Source: Clostridia bacterium (GTDB lineage Bacteria; Bacillota; Clostridia; Oscillospirales; RGIG8002). Taken from it: a stretch of 64,000 nt of DNA. Position 1 is the first letter of the stretch; each line of letters opens with the position of its first letter. The stretch lies in contig JAFZXI010000077.1 in assembly GCA_017616855.1 (NCBI GenBank), forward strand, positions 6,710 to 70,709, read 5' to 3'. Positions 11,726 to 21,648 of the stretch are shown piece by piece. Position numbers and translations under genes: made by a program. Below the pieces are notes generated by a model that searched no databases, was not told the origin of the DNA, and was given only the letters and a program-made list of their open reading frames with translations.

Positions 11726-11736
11726 ACGGAGAAGAT

Positions 11737-14082
11737 ATGAAGGATAATCAGCATCAACTGAATATTGTCAGCGATATGCCTATGATCGCGCTTCGCGGCA
11801 TGGTGATGTTTCCGAAAACCGTGATGCATTTCGACGTCGCGCGCGAAGTGTCGCTCGCCGCGCTGAACTATGCTATGGAGCATGACTGCGAAGTGTTTCT
11901 CGTCGCCCAGCGCGATATAACCGTCGACGCGCCCGATGAGAAGCAGCTTTATCCGATCGGCTGTACCGCGAGGATTAAGCAGATACTTAAGAACCCCGAG
12001 GGCGGCGTGAGAGCCGTCGCGGCGGGTATTTCGCGCGCCGCGCTTCTCGGTATCACTACACACAAGCCCTTCCTGCGCGCAGACGCGGCTCTTTGCGACG
12101 TAAAACCGGTACACGGCGCCGCGGTGCGTCTTGAAGCGCTGCGCCGCAGTGCGATGGAGCTGTTTGAGGAGTATTCCGAGCTTGTGCCGCGCATGGCGCC
12201 GGATATGTACCTCAACGCGCTCGCGACCGAAGGACTCGGCGAACTGGCCGATTTCTTCGGCGAATACCTCTACTTCAAATACGAAGACAGACAGAATATT
12301 CTTTCCGAGTTCGATCCGGTCAAGCGCATAAAGCGCGTCATTTCCATATTCGAGAAGGAAATCGATATTCTCGAGCTCGAGAACGACATTCATTTCCGCG
12401 TCAAAGAGCAGATAGACAAAAACAACCGCGAATACTACATTCGCGAGCAGATACGCGTGCTCAACTCCGAGCTCGACGACGAGGAAGATCTCGACGAGTG
12501 CGACGCTTACGACGCGAAAATCAAGGCGCTGAAACTTTCGCAGGAGAACGAAGAACACCTGCTCAAAGAAGTCGACCGCTTGCGTAAAATGCCCGTCGGT
12601 TCGCACGAAGGCACCGTCGTTCGCACATATCTCGACACGGTGCTTGAGCTTCCGTGGAACAAGTTCACTAAAGAGAAACACGACCTCGCCGCCGCGAAAA
12701 AGCAACTTGACAAGGACCATTGGGGGCTCGATAAAATAAAAGAGCGTATTCTTGAGTTCCTCGCAGTCAAGCAGCTCGCGCCGGACATAAAAGGTCAGAC
12801 GATATGCCTCGTCGGGCCTCCCGGCGTAGGCAAGACCTCGCTGGCGAAGTCCATCGCGAAGACGATGAACCGCAAATACGCCCGCATTTCGCTCGGCGGA
12901 GTGCGCGACGACGCGGATATCCGCGGCCACCGCAAGACCTACATAGGCGCGATGCCCGGCCGCATAATGAACGCCGTCAAGCTTGCCGGAAGCAGCAACG
13001 CGCTGATACTTCTCGACGAGATCGACAAGCTCTGCAGCGACTTCCGAGGCGATCCCGCCGCTGCGCTGCTCGAGGTGCTCGACGCTGAGCAGAACTTCGC
13101 GTACCGCGACCACTACATAGAGCTGCCGTTCGACCTGAGCAACATCATATTCATCACGACCGCGAACACGACCGACAGCATCCCCGCGCCGCTGCTTGAC
13201 AGAATGGAGCTCATCGAGCTCGACAGTTACACCCGCGAGGAAAAACTGAATATCGCGCGCCGCCACCTGCTGCCGAAGCAGATGAAGCGCCACGGCTTGA
13301 AACCCTCGACCTTCTCCGTAACCGACGGCGCGATACTCGAGATAATTGATTATTACACCCGCGAAGCCGGCGTCCGCGAGGTTGAGCGCGAGCTCGCCGC
13401 GGTCTGCCGTAAGGCGGCAAAATCCTACCTTTCCGACGGTAAAAAGGTTAGAGTGGATGAAAAAACCGTTGCGAAATACCTCGGCGTTCGCAAGTTCCGC
13501 GAGAGCGACTTCGCCTCCGAAGGCGCGGTCGGAACCGTCAACGGCCTTGCCTGGACCTCCGTCGGCGGCGTGCTGCTTCCCGTCGAAGTCAGCGTGCTCG
13601 ACGGAAGCGGCAAGCTCGAGCTTACCGGCCAGCTCGGCGACGTGATGAAGGAATCGGCGAAGACAGCCGTCAGCTTCATCCGTTCGCGCTGCGACGCGCT
13701 CGGCATAGACAAGGACTTCTACAAGACGAAGGATATACACATCCACGCTCCCGAAGGCGCGGTGCCGAAGGACGGCCCTTCCGCTGGCATAACGATGGCG
13801 CTTGCGCTCGCGAGCGCGCTTTCCGGCCGCAAGGTCGCCGCCGGTATCGCGATGACGGGGGAGATAACCCTGCGCGGCAAGGTCCTCCAGATCGGCGGGC
13901 TGAAGGAAAAGTCGATGGCGGCTTACCGCCACGGCATAAAGCGCGTAATAATCCCGAAGGATAACCTGCCCGACCTTGAGGATGTATCTAAAACGGTCAG
14001 GGAAGCGACCGAGTTCATTCCCGTTTCGCATATGGACGAGGTGCTCGCGCTCGCGCTCGAAAAAGACGGGGTAAGCGTATGA
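11737..14082 (+). CDS. lon: Lon protease (LonA type)
   Basis: LON N-domain, AAA+ Walker A GPPGVGKTS, and a proteolytic domain with DGPSAG. Confidence 0.97.
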   Translation: MKDNQHQLNIVSDMPMIALRGMVMFPKTVMHFDVAREVSLAALNYAMEHDCEVFLVAQRDITVDAPDEKQLYPIGCTARIKQILKNPEGGVRAVAAGISRAALLGITTHKPFLRADAALCDVKPVHGAAVRLEALRRSAMELFEEYSELVPRMAPDMYLNALATEGLGELADFFGEYLYFKYEDRQNILSEFDPVKRIKRVISIFEKEIDILELENDIHFRVKEQIDKNNREYYIREQIRVLNSELDDEEDLDECDAYDAKIKALKLSQENEEHLLKEVDRLRKMPVGSHEGTVVRTYLDTVLELPWNKFTKEKHDLAAAKKQLDKDHWGLDKIKERILEFLAVKQLAPDIKGQTICLVGPPGVGKTSLAKSIAKTMNRKYARISLGGVRDDADIRGHRKTYIGAMPGRIMNAVKLAGSSNALILLDEIDKLCSDFRGDPAAALLEVLDAEQNFAYRDHYIELPFDLSNIIFITTANTTDSIPAPLLDRMELIELDSYTREEKLNIARRHLLPKQMKRHGLKPSTFSVTDGAILEIIDYYTREAGVREVERELAAVCRKAAKSYLSDGKKVRVDEKTVAKYLGVRKFRESDFASEGAVGTVNGLAWTSVGGVLLPVEVSVLDGSGKLELTGQLGDVMKESAKTAVSFIRSRCDALGIDKDFYKTKDIHIHAPEGAVPKDGPSAGITMALALASALSGRKVAAGIAMTGEITLRGKVLQIGGLKEKSMAAYRHGIKRVIIPKDNLPDLEDVSKTVREATEFIPVSHMDEVLALALEKDGVSV

Positions 14083-14663
14083 TAAACTGGCAAAACGCAA
14101 GCTTTGAGACCTCCTGCGGAGCGCCCTCGCAGCTCTTCGCGTCCGATCTGCCGGAGATAGCGTTCTCAGGCAAATCGAACGTCGGCAAGTCCTCGCTCAT
14201 CAATAAGCTCCTCAACCGCAAGGCGTTGGCGAAGACCGGCGCGGAGCCGGGCAAAACGCGGACTGTCAACTTCTTTAATATAGATAGTCAACTTCGTTTC
14301 GTCGACCTTCCGGGCTACGGCTACGCCAAGGTTTCTAAAGAAATCAAGGATAAATGGATGCGCCTGATGGACGCTTTCTGGAGCAGCGAGCGCGATACGC
14401 GGCTCGTGATACAGCTCATCGACCTGCGCAACGGACCGAGCGCCGACGACATAATGATGCTCGACTTTCTCAACCACTACGGCTACGAATACGTCGTCGC
14501 CGCGACGAAGGCGGATAAGCTCAGCAAGAGCCAACGCGCCGAAAACGCCGAAAAGCTCCGCGCGCTCAAGCAGCTTGAAGGCAAAACCGTCATAGAGTTC
14601 TCCACCCGGGAGGACGCGGGCAAGACCGCGCTCCTCGAACTGATAACCGAAAGGGTGAAATAG
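14079..14663 (+). CDS. engB: ribosome biogenesis GTP-binding protein YsxC/EngB
   Basis: G1 motif GKSNVGKSSLIN and G3 DLPGYG. ATGA overlap with the lon stop, and conserved lon-ysxC synteny. Confidence 0.9.
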   Translation: MINWQNASFETSCGAPSQLFASDLPEIAFSGKSNVGKSSLINKLLNRKALAKTGAEPGKTRTVNFFNIDSQLRFVDLPGYGYAKVSKEIKDKWMRLMDAFWSSERDTRLVIQLIDLRNGPSADDIMMLDFLNHYGYEYVVAATKADKLSKSQRAENAEKLRALKQLEGKTVIEFSTREDAGKTALLELITERVK

Positions 14664-14664
14664 C

Positions 14665-15966
14665 ATGTTCGTATCAGACCACGCAAAAGTAAACGCCGCC
14701 GGCAACCTCGAGTTTTCCGGCGTTGATACCGTCGCGCTCGCGCAAAAGTACGGCACGCCGCTTTACGTCACGTCCCTCGACGGCGTGAAAGCGTCCTGCG
14801 CGGAATTCACCGCCGCGCTCGACAAGCACTACGGCGGCAACGGAATGATCCTTTACGCGAGCAAGGCGAATTGCAACAAAGCGATCTGCAAGACCGTGTC
14901 GTCCTGCGGCTTCGGGCTCGACGTCGTATCCGGCGGCGAGCTTTACACCGCGCTGCAGGCGGGAGTCGACCCCGCGCGCATCTGCTTCCACGGCAACAAT
15001 AAGACTGAAACGGAACTGCGCCTCGCCATAGAAAACGACGTCGGACGCATATTCGCCGACTCGCTCGCCGAGCTCGACGACATCGAGCGCATCGCCGGCG
15101 AACTCGGCAAAAAAGCGAAGGTGCTCGTCCGCGCCAACCCCGGCGTCGAAGCGAGCACGCACGAATACATAATGACCGGCCAGGTCGATTCCAAGTTCGG
15201 ACTCTCGATAGACAAGGGCGACGCCCTCGCGGGCGTGCTGAAAGCCCTCGCGAGCGATAACATCGAGCTCGCGGGCATCGACTGCCACATCGGCAGCCAG
15301 ATATTCGAAGTGCTCCCGTTTGTCGACGAAGCCGAAATGCTTATGAACTTCCTATTCTCGATCCGCGAGCTTACCGGCGTTACGCTCGGCGAACTGAACG
15401 TCGGCGGCGGCTTCGGCGTGCGCTACGTCCCGTCGGACGACCCGCTTTCCGCGGACAGGATCATCGGCGCCGTCGCCGCGCGCGTAAAGCGCTTTTGCGC
15501 GGAAAACGACTTTCCCGAGCCGTTCCTCATGTTCGAACCGGGCAGGGCGATCGTCGCGAATAACGGCATAACACTTTATACCGTCGGCTGCGTAAAAGAA
15601 ATAGCAGACGTCCGCAACTACGTCAGCATCGACGGCGGAATGTTCGATAACCCGCGCTACGCGCTTTACGGAGCGCGCTACACCGCCTGCGTCGCGAACA
15701 AAGCGTCGCAGCCCGCGGACTACCGCGCCGCGATAGCCGGCAAATGCTGCGAAAGCGGCGACCTCATCGGTAAGGAAATAACGATCCAGCGCCCGGAGCG
15801 CGGCGATATCCTCGCCGTATTCACCACCGGCGCGTATAACTACTCGATGGCGTCGAACTACAACCGCAACCCGCGTCCCGCGATGGTCGTCATCGATGAC
15901 GGGGAAGACCGTATCGCCGTCCGCCGCGAGACCTACGCCGACCTCGTATCGTTTGACGAGGAATAA
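14665..15966 (+). CDS. lysA: diaminopimelate decarboxylase
   Basis: Orn/DAP/Arg decarboxylase family 2 fold with the PLP-Lys region (LYASKAN), GGGFG and CESGD motifs. Confidence 0.93.
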   Translation: MFVSDHAKVNAAGNLEFSGVDTVALAQKYGTPLYVTSLDGVKASCAEFTAALDKHYGGNGMILYASKANCNKAICKTVSSCGFGLDVVSGGELYTALQAGVDPARICFHGNNKTETELRLAIENDVGRIFADSLAELDDIERIAGELGKKAKVLVRANPGVEASTHEYIMTGQVDSKFGLSIDKGDALAGVLKALASDNIELAGIDCHIGSQIFEVLPFVDEAEMLMNFLFSIRELTGVTLGELNVGGGFGVRYVPSDDPLSADRIIGAVAARVKRFCAENDFPEPFLMFEPGRAIVANNGITLYTVGCVKEIADVRNYVSIDGGMFDNPRYALYGARYTACVANKASQPADYRAAIAGKCCESGDLIGKEITIQRPERGDILAVFTTGAYNYSMASNYNRNPRPAMVVIDDGEDRIAVRRETYADLVSFDEE

Positions 15967-16013
15967 TCGGTCCTACGCGCCGAAGGATCCCCCAAGTTAA
16001 ACAACGCATAACA

Positions 16014-16039
16014 GCTCCCTCGATCGAGGGAGTTTTTTT
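16014..16039 (+). terminator. rho-independent terminator after lysA
   Basis: CTCCCTCG-at-CGAGGGAG followed by TTTTTTT. Confidence 0.7.
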
Positions 16040-16167
16040 GCCAAAAATCGTCCAAACGGCCGGACAAACTTTTCATTTCAATAATTTTCATGATATAATA
16101 TGGATAAATGTGACCAAACACGCAGTTTTCTTGTGTATAAGAGTGAAAGGTCTTTCAGCAAAGGGGA

Positions 16168-16737
16168 ATGGAGTGCGGCGTGAACGATGAGAACATAGTC
16201 GCTCTGTTCTGGAACAGAGACGAAAGCGCGGTCGCCGAAGCGCAAAAGCAATACGGCAGCTATTGTCGCTGCATTGCCGAAAACGTGCTGGGCGACGCAC
16301 GCGACGCGGAGGAATGCGTCAACGACGCCATGCTTTCCGCTTGGAACAGCATACCGCCAAAACGCCCGGAAAACTTGAAGGCGTATCTCGGCATGCTCGT
16401 TCGCAACGCCTCTGTAAACAGACGCATCCGCAATAATGCAAAGAAACGTCTCCCAAAATCCATAGAATCGCTCGAAGAGCTTGGCGAGATCGCCGCGTTC
16501 CGCAACGTCGAGCAGGACGTCGGCGCGCGCGAACTATCGCGAGAGGTTTCCGAATACCTGCGTTCGCTCGGCGAAACCGAACGGAATGTATTCATCCGGC
16601 GATACTGGTATTACGATTCGATCGATGAGATATGCAAACGGTTCGGCTTCGGCAGCAGCAAGGTCAAAATGATGCTGAAGCGCACGAGGGACGGCCTGGC
16701 CGAGTATTTGAAAAAGGAAGACAACTATGGATTATGA
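16168..16737 (+). CDS. ECF-type sigma-70 family RNA polymerase sigma factor
   Basis: Regions 2 and 4 are visible (…DAEECVNDAMLSAWNSIPPKRPENLKAYLGMLVRN…, …ERNVFIRRYWYYDSIDEICKRFGFGSSKVKMMLKRTR…). The true start may be GTG 16180 (VNDENIV), which has better RBS spacing. Confidence 0.85.
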   Translation: MECGVNDENIVALFWNRDESAVAEAQKQYGSYCRCIAENVLGDARDAEECVNDAMLSAWNSIPPKRPENLKAYLGMLVRNASVNRRIRNNAKKRLPKSIESLEELGEIAAFRNVEQDVGARELSREVSEYLRSLGETERNVFIRRYWYYDSIDEICKRFGFGSSKVKMMLKRTRDGLAEYLKKEDNYGL

Positions 16738-17884
16738 ATTGATAAATGAAACGATAGGTCTCATTGATTTCGACCTTATCGAAGCGGCGGATGCTCTGCC
16801 GGAAAAAGCGAAAGCCAGGGCTTTCAAGCCGTGGTTGCAGTGGGCAGCAGCGGCGGTGATCGTCATCGTTATAGCCGTCGGGACGCCGCTCGCGATCTAT
16901 TCGATGGGCGCGTTCCAGGAGAAGCATTACGCGGAATACAGTTCCGATAGCGGCGGCACCGGAAGCGAAGAAGACAGCTCGGGCGTCGTACCGCCCGCCG
17001 ACGTCACCGAGCCGGATGGCAGCTCCGCTCAGGACCCGGAAAGCGGATCGAGCGAGGGCGAAAGCCGGCCGCATAACGCTTCCGCGCCACACGGCGGATC
17101 CGCGCAGAGCGGAGAAGGCGGCGGCTCCGCTCCGAACGGCGGGCAGACAATTCCCGACGAGCCGAATGATCCCGAACCGCCCCAAAACGAGGATCCTCCG
17201 GAGCTGAACGAGGGCGAATTCAAAAAATATGATATGCCCGCGGTCACATACAGAATTAATGGAGAAGAAAAGACGTTCGTCTATCAGAGTTCCACGCGTG
17301 TTAAAAAAACTGCAGGAGAAGATATAGACGGCAGTTCCGACAATTACGTCGTCGATCATTACATCGCCGACGATGGCGCTACCGTTTCGAAGAACGAGGC
17401 GTCAGAAGACCTTATTATGTATGAGAAAGCCGCTATTCTCATAGATACCGCACCGGATGAACGTATATCTGCAGAAGACGCGATCGAAATAGCGAGAAGC
17501 GCGGTCATGAATACCGATCTTCCGATCGGCAATCCGGACAGTTTTAACGCGACGGTTCGGTACTCGTTAAACAGCTATCTGATCACGTTCAAAACTGCGG
17601 AAGGGAGCGTTGAGGTCCATCTCGATAAAAACGGGGAGCTGCAGTTCATGTCGGTCAAAAAAGACGCTATGCAGCATCTGTCTTCAGAAAAAGTTTCCGC
17701 GGCGAAAGCCAAGATGAACGCGAAGCTTGCAGAGTTGAATAATGATCCGAACGAAAAGTACATTCTGGATCGCATGTACTTTGAAGAATGGGGAAGTTCG
17801 GTCTACGCGGTTTTCGACGTGCTCCATTACCCGGATAAAGACTCGGACGAATACAGTGTGTATCAGTATTATTGCGCCGTTTAG
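16727..17884 (+). CDS. single-pass membrane protein, putative anti-sigma factor with extracytoplasmic domain
   Basis: Overlaps the sigma gene by 11 nt. It has a short cytoplasmic N-terminus, a TM helix (WAAAAVIVIVIAVGTPLAIY), a long S/G/E/P-rich linker and a C-terminal globular part (PepSY-like …ISAEDAIEIARSAV…). Function is inferred from position only. Confidence 0.5.
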   Translation: MDYELINETIGLIDFDLIEAADALPEKAKARAFKPWLQWAAAAVIVIVIAVGTPLAIYSMGAFQEKHYAEYSSDSGGTGSEEDSSGVVPPADVTEPDGSSAQDPESGSSEGESRPHNASAPHGGSAQSGEGGGSAPNGGQTIPDEPNDPEPPQNEDPPELNEGEFKKYDMPAVTYRINGEEKTFVYQSSTRVKKTAGEDIDGSSDNYVVDHYIADDGATVSKNEASEDLIMYEKAAILIDTAPDERISAEDAIEIARSAVMNTDLPIGNPDSFNATVRYSLNSYLITFKTAEGSVEVHLDKNGELQFMSVKKDAMQHLSSEKVSAAKAKMNAKLAELNNDPNEKYILDRMYFEEWGSSVYAVFDVLHYPDKDSDEYSVYQYYCAV

Positions 17885-17943
17885 CGCTTCCGCGGACGCT
17901 GTTGCGCCCTTGAACGGCATTATCTGTAATATCATAGGAGGAA

Positions 17944-19998
17944 ATGATCATGAAAAAAGCATTGTCGCTTATCCTGACGCTCGTTCTATCGTTTGGCGTG
18001 TTCGCCGGCATATCGGCATCCGCGTATAACACAGAGCCGTACGCAATTCCTTTTGAGATGAGCGGATACAAGTATAATGCTTCTGCTGCGGAGTTTAAAC
18101 TCTGGATAGATAATGAATTATTCGTTATAAGCGACATAGCCGTTGATATGCGCTATCATCTTGAGGATGCCGACGGAGTCGTCGAGGAAGGCAATATCAG
18201 GGCGCGCGTCAATTACAGGCTCGTCTGTGAATTGATGCTTGCGGAAGGCGTGACCACGGACGGAATAGTAAAAGAAAGATTATCGCTGCATCAGGAGAGC
18301 TCGTACTATGATATTCACGCGTCTGATTTTTACTATGACGGCGAGTGGTTTGTGATCGTATTCGATCTTCCCGTCCTTGCCGAGGTGATCGAGGCTATCG
18401 ATTTCTATATGGAGGGCTATGAGATCGGTATGCACGTTGACGACATAGTCGTTTATACGGATAACGAGCTTGTGAAGAATTGCCGCGCCAATTTCTATAT
18501 GAGCAAGAATTCGGGCTCGCCGACCGTCCGCGAGACCGGAAAAATCAAGGGAAATATCAATTACAGCGTATCAGTGTTGTTTGAGATCCCCGACGACTAT
18601 ACCGTGCCGTACGGTTTTAAGATCCGCCTGAATCTCCCTGACGGCAGTTCTTACGGCAGCAGGAATACACTGAGGACCGACGAATACTATTCGGCGTCTT
18701 ATCAGCTCGTGAGGATCAAAACGCCCGGAACCAACATTATGGATATTAAGTTTGTCGCTTCCGGGTATGAATACGGCAAAAAAGCGGACGACCTGACCGT
18801 TACTACCGAAACCACGGGGATTACCATATCTTCGGTCAGCGTAAAGAAGCCAGTCGGTCGGCTGTCGGAGGTGAACTACGAGGAATTCCACGGGTATTTC
18901 GACTCCTATATTGAATACCAAGTCGAGGTTTACGCGGAGGTTGCAGAAGGGTATATTCTCTATGACGACCTGCCCGGCGGCTGGGTTTTGATGGATATCG
19001 GTAAATCGAGAGGGCGGTATATGAGCTACTATCCTTCGGGTGACGGTTATATATTTACGGTTACTGTTCAACGCCTTCTGAATCCCAATTTAGAGCAGAA
19101 GACCGGAGCGAACTTCAGCATCATCGGCTATGCGCTCGACGCCGACATAGGTGATATACGCGTTACCGTCGACGATGAGGAAATAGAGATCAACAACGTG
19201 GATATTATCGACGCCGCCGGAACGGAGTGCACCGGAAGCATCCGAGAGGGGATACAGTATCAGGTCGCAATCACCGTTTTTGCTCCCGGCGGATGGAACG
19301 TCTCGAAAGACACGGTTGCAAATTACACGATCAATACGGGCGAGTTTGCCGGCGTCGGTATAACGACGCTTGATGAGAGGATATTGACTTTCAGATTCAA
19401 GCTACCGGTATTTGGGGAGCTGATAGACGATCCGGATGATCCCGGAAACGGCCAGTACGATAAGCTGAGTTCCCTGGAGCTCGCATTAACGGGCTATGAG
19501 CTCGGCAACGACGTGAAGAACGTCGGTGTGATCTGCGATAATGAAGCCGCGGTCATACGCAGAGTGAGCGTCAATACGCCTGACGGCAAGGCGTATGACG
19601 GACCTATAGAAGCGGGCGTGCGGTATCAGGTGACCGTCACCGTGTTCGGACGCGGCGGCTGGCAGCTCAATGGTGAAACGTTCTCCGATTTCAAGCTTGA
19701 CGGCGTTTCTCCGTGTGCGACCGGTATCGAGACCGGTTATAGCGATACGTTCTCGTTCGTATACTACGTTTACGCTCTCGCTGCAAGCAACGACGTGAAT
19801 ACGATCGGCGATATGGACTGCGACGGTGAGGTAACCGTTTCAGACGCGCTGCGCACGCTGCGCATCGCCGCAAAGCTCGACGTTGCCGTGACTCCGAAGA
19901 GCACGAGAAGCGCGATCCTAGGCGACGCCGACCGCGACGGAGAGATAACCGTTTCCGACGCGTTGATTGTTCTCCGCAAAGCTGCAGGGCTTGCGTGA
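17944..19998 (+). CDS. secreted protein with five tandem ~116-122-aa modules and a C-terminal two-repeat dockerin
   Basis: Signal peptide (…LSFGVFAGISASA). A 'GY' motif recurs at residues 41, 158, 274, 395 and 517. The dockerin reads DMDCDGEVTVSDALRTLRIAAKL…DADRDGEITVSDALIVLRKAAGLA. Confidence 0.8.
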   Translation: MIMKKALSLILTLVLSFGVFAGISASAYNTEPYAIPFEMSGYKYNASAAEFKLWIDNELFVISDIAVDMRYHLEDADGVVEEGNIRARVNYRLVCELMLAEGVTTDGIVKERLSLHQESSYYDIHASDFYYDGEWFVIVFDLPVLAEVIEAIDFYMEGYEIGMHVDDIVVYTDNELVKNCRANFYMSKNSGSPTVRETGKIKGNINYSVSVLFEIPDDYTVPYGFKIRLNLPDGSSYGSRNTLRTDEYYSASYQLVRIKTPGTNIMDIKFVASGYEYGKKADDLTVTTETTGITISSVSVKKPVGRLSEVNYEEFHGYFDSYIEYQVEVYAEVAEGYILYDDLPGGWVLMDIGKSRGRYMSYYPSGDGYIFTVTVQRLLNPNLEQKTGANFSIIGYALDADIGDIRVTVDDEEIEINNVDIIDAAGTECTGSIREGIQYQVAITVFAPGGWNVSKDTVANYTINTGEFAGVGITTLDERILTFRFKLPVFGELIDDPDDPGNGQYDKLSSLELALTGYELGNDVKNVGVICDNEAAVIRRVSVNTPDGKAYDGPIEAGVRYQVTVTVFGRGGWQLNGETFSDFKLDGVSPCATGIETGYSDTFSFVYYVYALAASNDVNTIGDMDCDGEVTVSDALRTLRIAAKLDVAVTPKSTRSAILGDADRDGEITVSDALIVLRKAAGLA

Positions 19999-20044
19999 TA
20001 GGCGAAGAATAGGTGTATTTCATCTATAAATGGAGGAAACCACA

Positions 20045-21082
20045 ATGAAAAACCTTACAAAAAGACTCATCGCGATTATGATGACGATGCTCATGGTCGC
20101 GGCGCTGCTGCCGGTGACGGCATCAGCAGAATTCTGCGCGATAATACTTTTGGAAACGAAAGCGCAGCATACCGTCGCAGAACTTGAAGAGCTTCTCCCG
20201 GAAATCGAAATGTCGTCGTGCCATCACTTGGGCGGCGGAACGCTGTTCGAGATCTACTTCGACGCTGATTCTGACGAAGACGCAGTCGCTGCGGCGGATA
20301 TGCTGAACGCCAACCCTATCGTCAAGAAGGCGGAGTACTGCAAAGTCAGCTATCCCGATTATGACCCGTCGCAAGCGTCGTTTGAAATAGAATTCGTTGA
20401 AGGATTTTTTGCTGATTATCAGTCCGAAGTCAACCTTGGGAAAATCTTCCCCGAAATTGAGATTACAAATGCGGAATTGGGTGGGTATGGATATCGAATC
20501 GAGTTCCCCGCGGAAACTTTGGAAGCGGTAGATAAAGTGTACGAGATTCTCTCAAGCAGTCCGTTCGTTTCAGAGGTTTACCTTTGCGAAAAGAATAAGT
20601 ATTCTGGTTTCCATCCCATCGGTAGTTTCATCATTCAAATGAAGGGTGCGTATGATGCGGAAGAACTGCAAGCGCTTCTTCCTGAAATTGAAATCACGCG
20701 GGCGCGTGATTTGTATGAAGGCTTCCAATATCAGTTATTCATCAATGCGACGACCGTAAAAGAAACGGTTGAAGCTATAGCCGCAATTAAAGAAAACACA
20801 AATGTCGCAAGTCTGAACTGGGCTTATCCCGGTAAGCTTTTGCCGGGGTTTGCACCTAAAAAACTGGATGAGGGCAGTTATAAACCTTCGGAGCGTTCCG
20901 ATGTAACTGTTGCGACTGCGCTTAACGCTTTGAGGATAGCCGCAGATCTCACAGAGGTTAAAAACGGCGTTTACGATTACAGGCTCGCGGACGCGATATG
21001 GCAGTATGACTGCGACGGAGACAAGGAGATTACCGTTTCCGATGCGCTCCAGCTCCTCCGCAAAGCCGCGAAGCTTGCGTAA
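20045..21082 (+). CDS. secreted protein with three ~85-aa repeats and a C-terminal dockerin-like module
   Basis: Start set at MKNLTKR (TGGAGG upstream). Signal peptide ends …LLPVTASA. Three repeats each contain (L/F)PEIE(M/I). The C-terminus reads …VTVATALNALRIAADL…DCDGDKEITVSDALQLLRKAAKLA. Confidence 0.75.
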   Translation: MKNLTKRLIAIMMTMLMVAALLPVTASAEFCAIILLETKAQHTVAELEELLPEIEMSSCHHLGGGTLFEIYFDADSDEDAVAAADMLNANPIVKKAEYCKVSYPDYDPSQASFEIEFVEGFFADYQSEVNLGKIFPEIEITNAELGGYGYRIEFPAETLEAVDKVYEILSSSPFVSEVYLCEKNKYSGFHPIGSFIIQMKGAYDAEELQALLPEIEITRARDLYEGFQYQLFINATTVKETVEAIAAIKENTNVASLNWAYPGKLLPGFAPKKLDEGSYKPSERSDVTVATALNALRIAADLTEVKNGVYDYRLADAIWQYDCDGDKEITVSDALQLLRKAAKLA

Positions 21083-21113
21083 ACGATAGAAGGTTATTCT
21101 GGGGGTGACAGTT

Positions 21114-21599
21114 GTGAAAAAGCTTTTCGCATTACTGCTCGCCACGGCGATGACGCTGACGCTTTTTGCCTGCGTCAAGACTGATGAGCCGACCGCGTCC
21201 TCGAGCGAACTCGGCGGGCCAAAGCTTTATTTCCTCACGGATAGCGGGGAAGGGCAGATGTATTATAACGTGCTAGAGTTGCACCCGGAGGCGGAGTTCG
21301 ACGGGGCAGATAAGCCGATGGATGAAAAATATGTCGGCTACCTTTGGCGATGCCAACTCACACAGGATGATTTCGGTGAATGGACCAACGGCGATGCCGA
21401 GGAATTCCTGCGCGGAAAGACTTATCGATTCGAGCGCGAATATACCGAAGAACAGGTAGCGAAGTTCAACGAGCTCGGCCTAACGGTAAACAAGCTACAC
21501 ACACTGCTGAATGCAAGTTTCGACATTGAGGATATAATGGAACTGACCGCCGACCGTGTTAAGGAGTTGTTCGAGAAGGGCGAATGGGACGGAGTGTAA
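21114..21599 (+). CDS. lipoprotein, unknown function
   Basis: Start set at GTG 21114 (TGGGGGTGA upstream). Signal plus lipobox: KKLFALLLATAMTLTLFAC. No recognisable domain. Confidence 0.6.
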   Translation: MKKLFALLLATAMTLTLFACVKTDEPTASSSELGGPKLYFLTDSGEGQMYYNVLELHPEAEFDGADKPMDEKYVGYLWRCQLTQDDFGEWTNGDAEEFLRGKTYRFEREYTEEQVAKFNELGLTVNKLHTLLNASFDIEDIMELTADRVKELFEKGEWDGV

Positions 21600-21600
21600 C

Positions 21601-21648
21601 TCGCTCGCTGCGATGAAGATCCTCCGCATAGCCGCGAAGCTTGCGTGA
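21601..21648 (+). pseudogene. orphan dockerin C-terminal fragment
   Basis: Starting one nt after the lipoprotein stop and in another frame, it reads SLAAMKILRIAAKLA*. Positions 21620-21648 match the 3' end of the neighbouring dockerin gene (21054-21082) at 27 of 29 nt. Confidence 0.6.

Noticed and set aside
11608-14100. 830-aa ORF on the minus strand.
   Set aside because: It is antisense to the Lon protease gene over its full length. It has no motifs and is an antisense-frame artefact.
16950-17220. Low-complexity S/G/E/P-rich segment in the anti-sigma candidate, and a similar S/E-rich segment at 24540-24660 in the VanY-type protein.
   Set aside because: I interpret these as flexible linkers between a membrane anchor and an extracellular domain. 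The nucleotide sequence is not a true tandem repeat.
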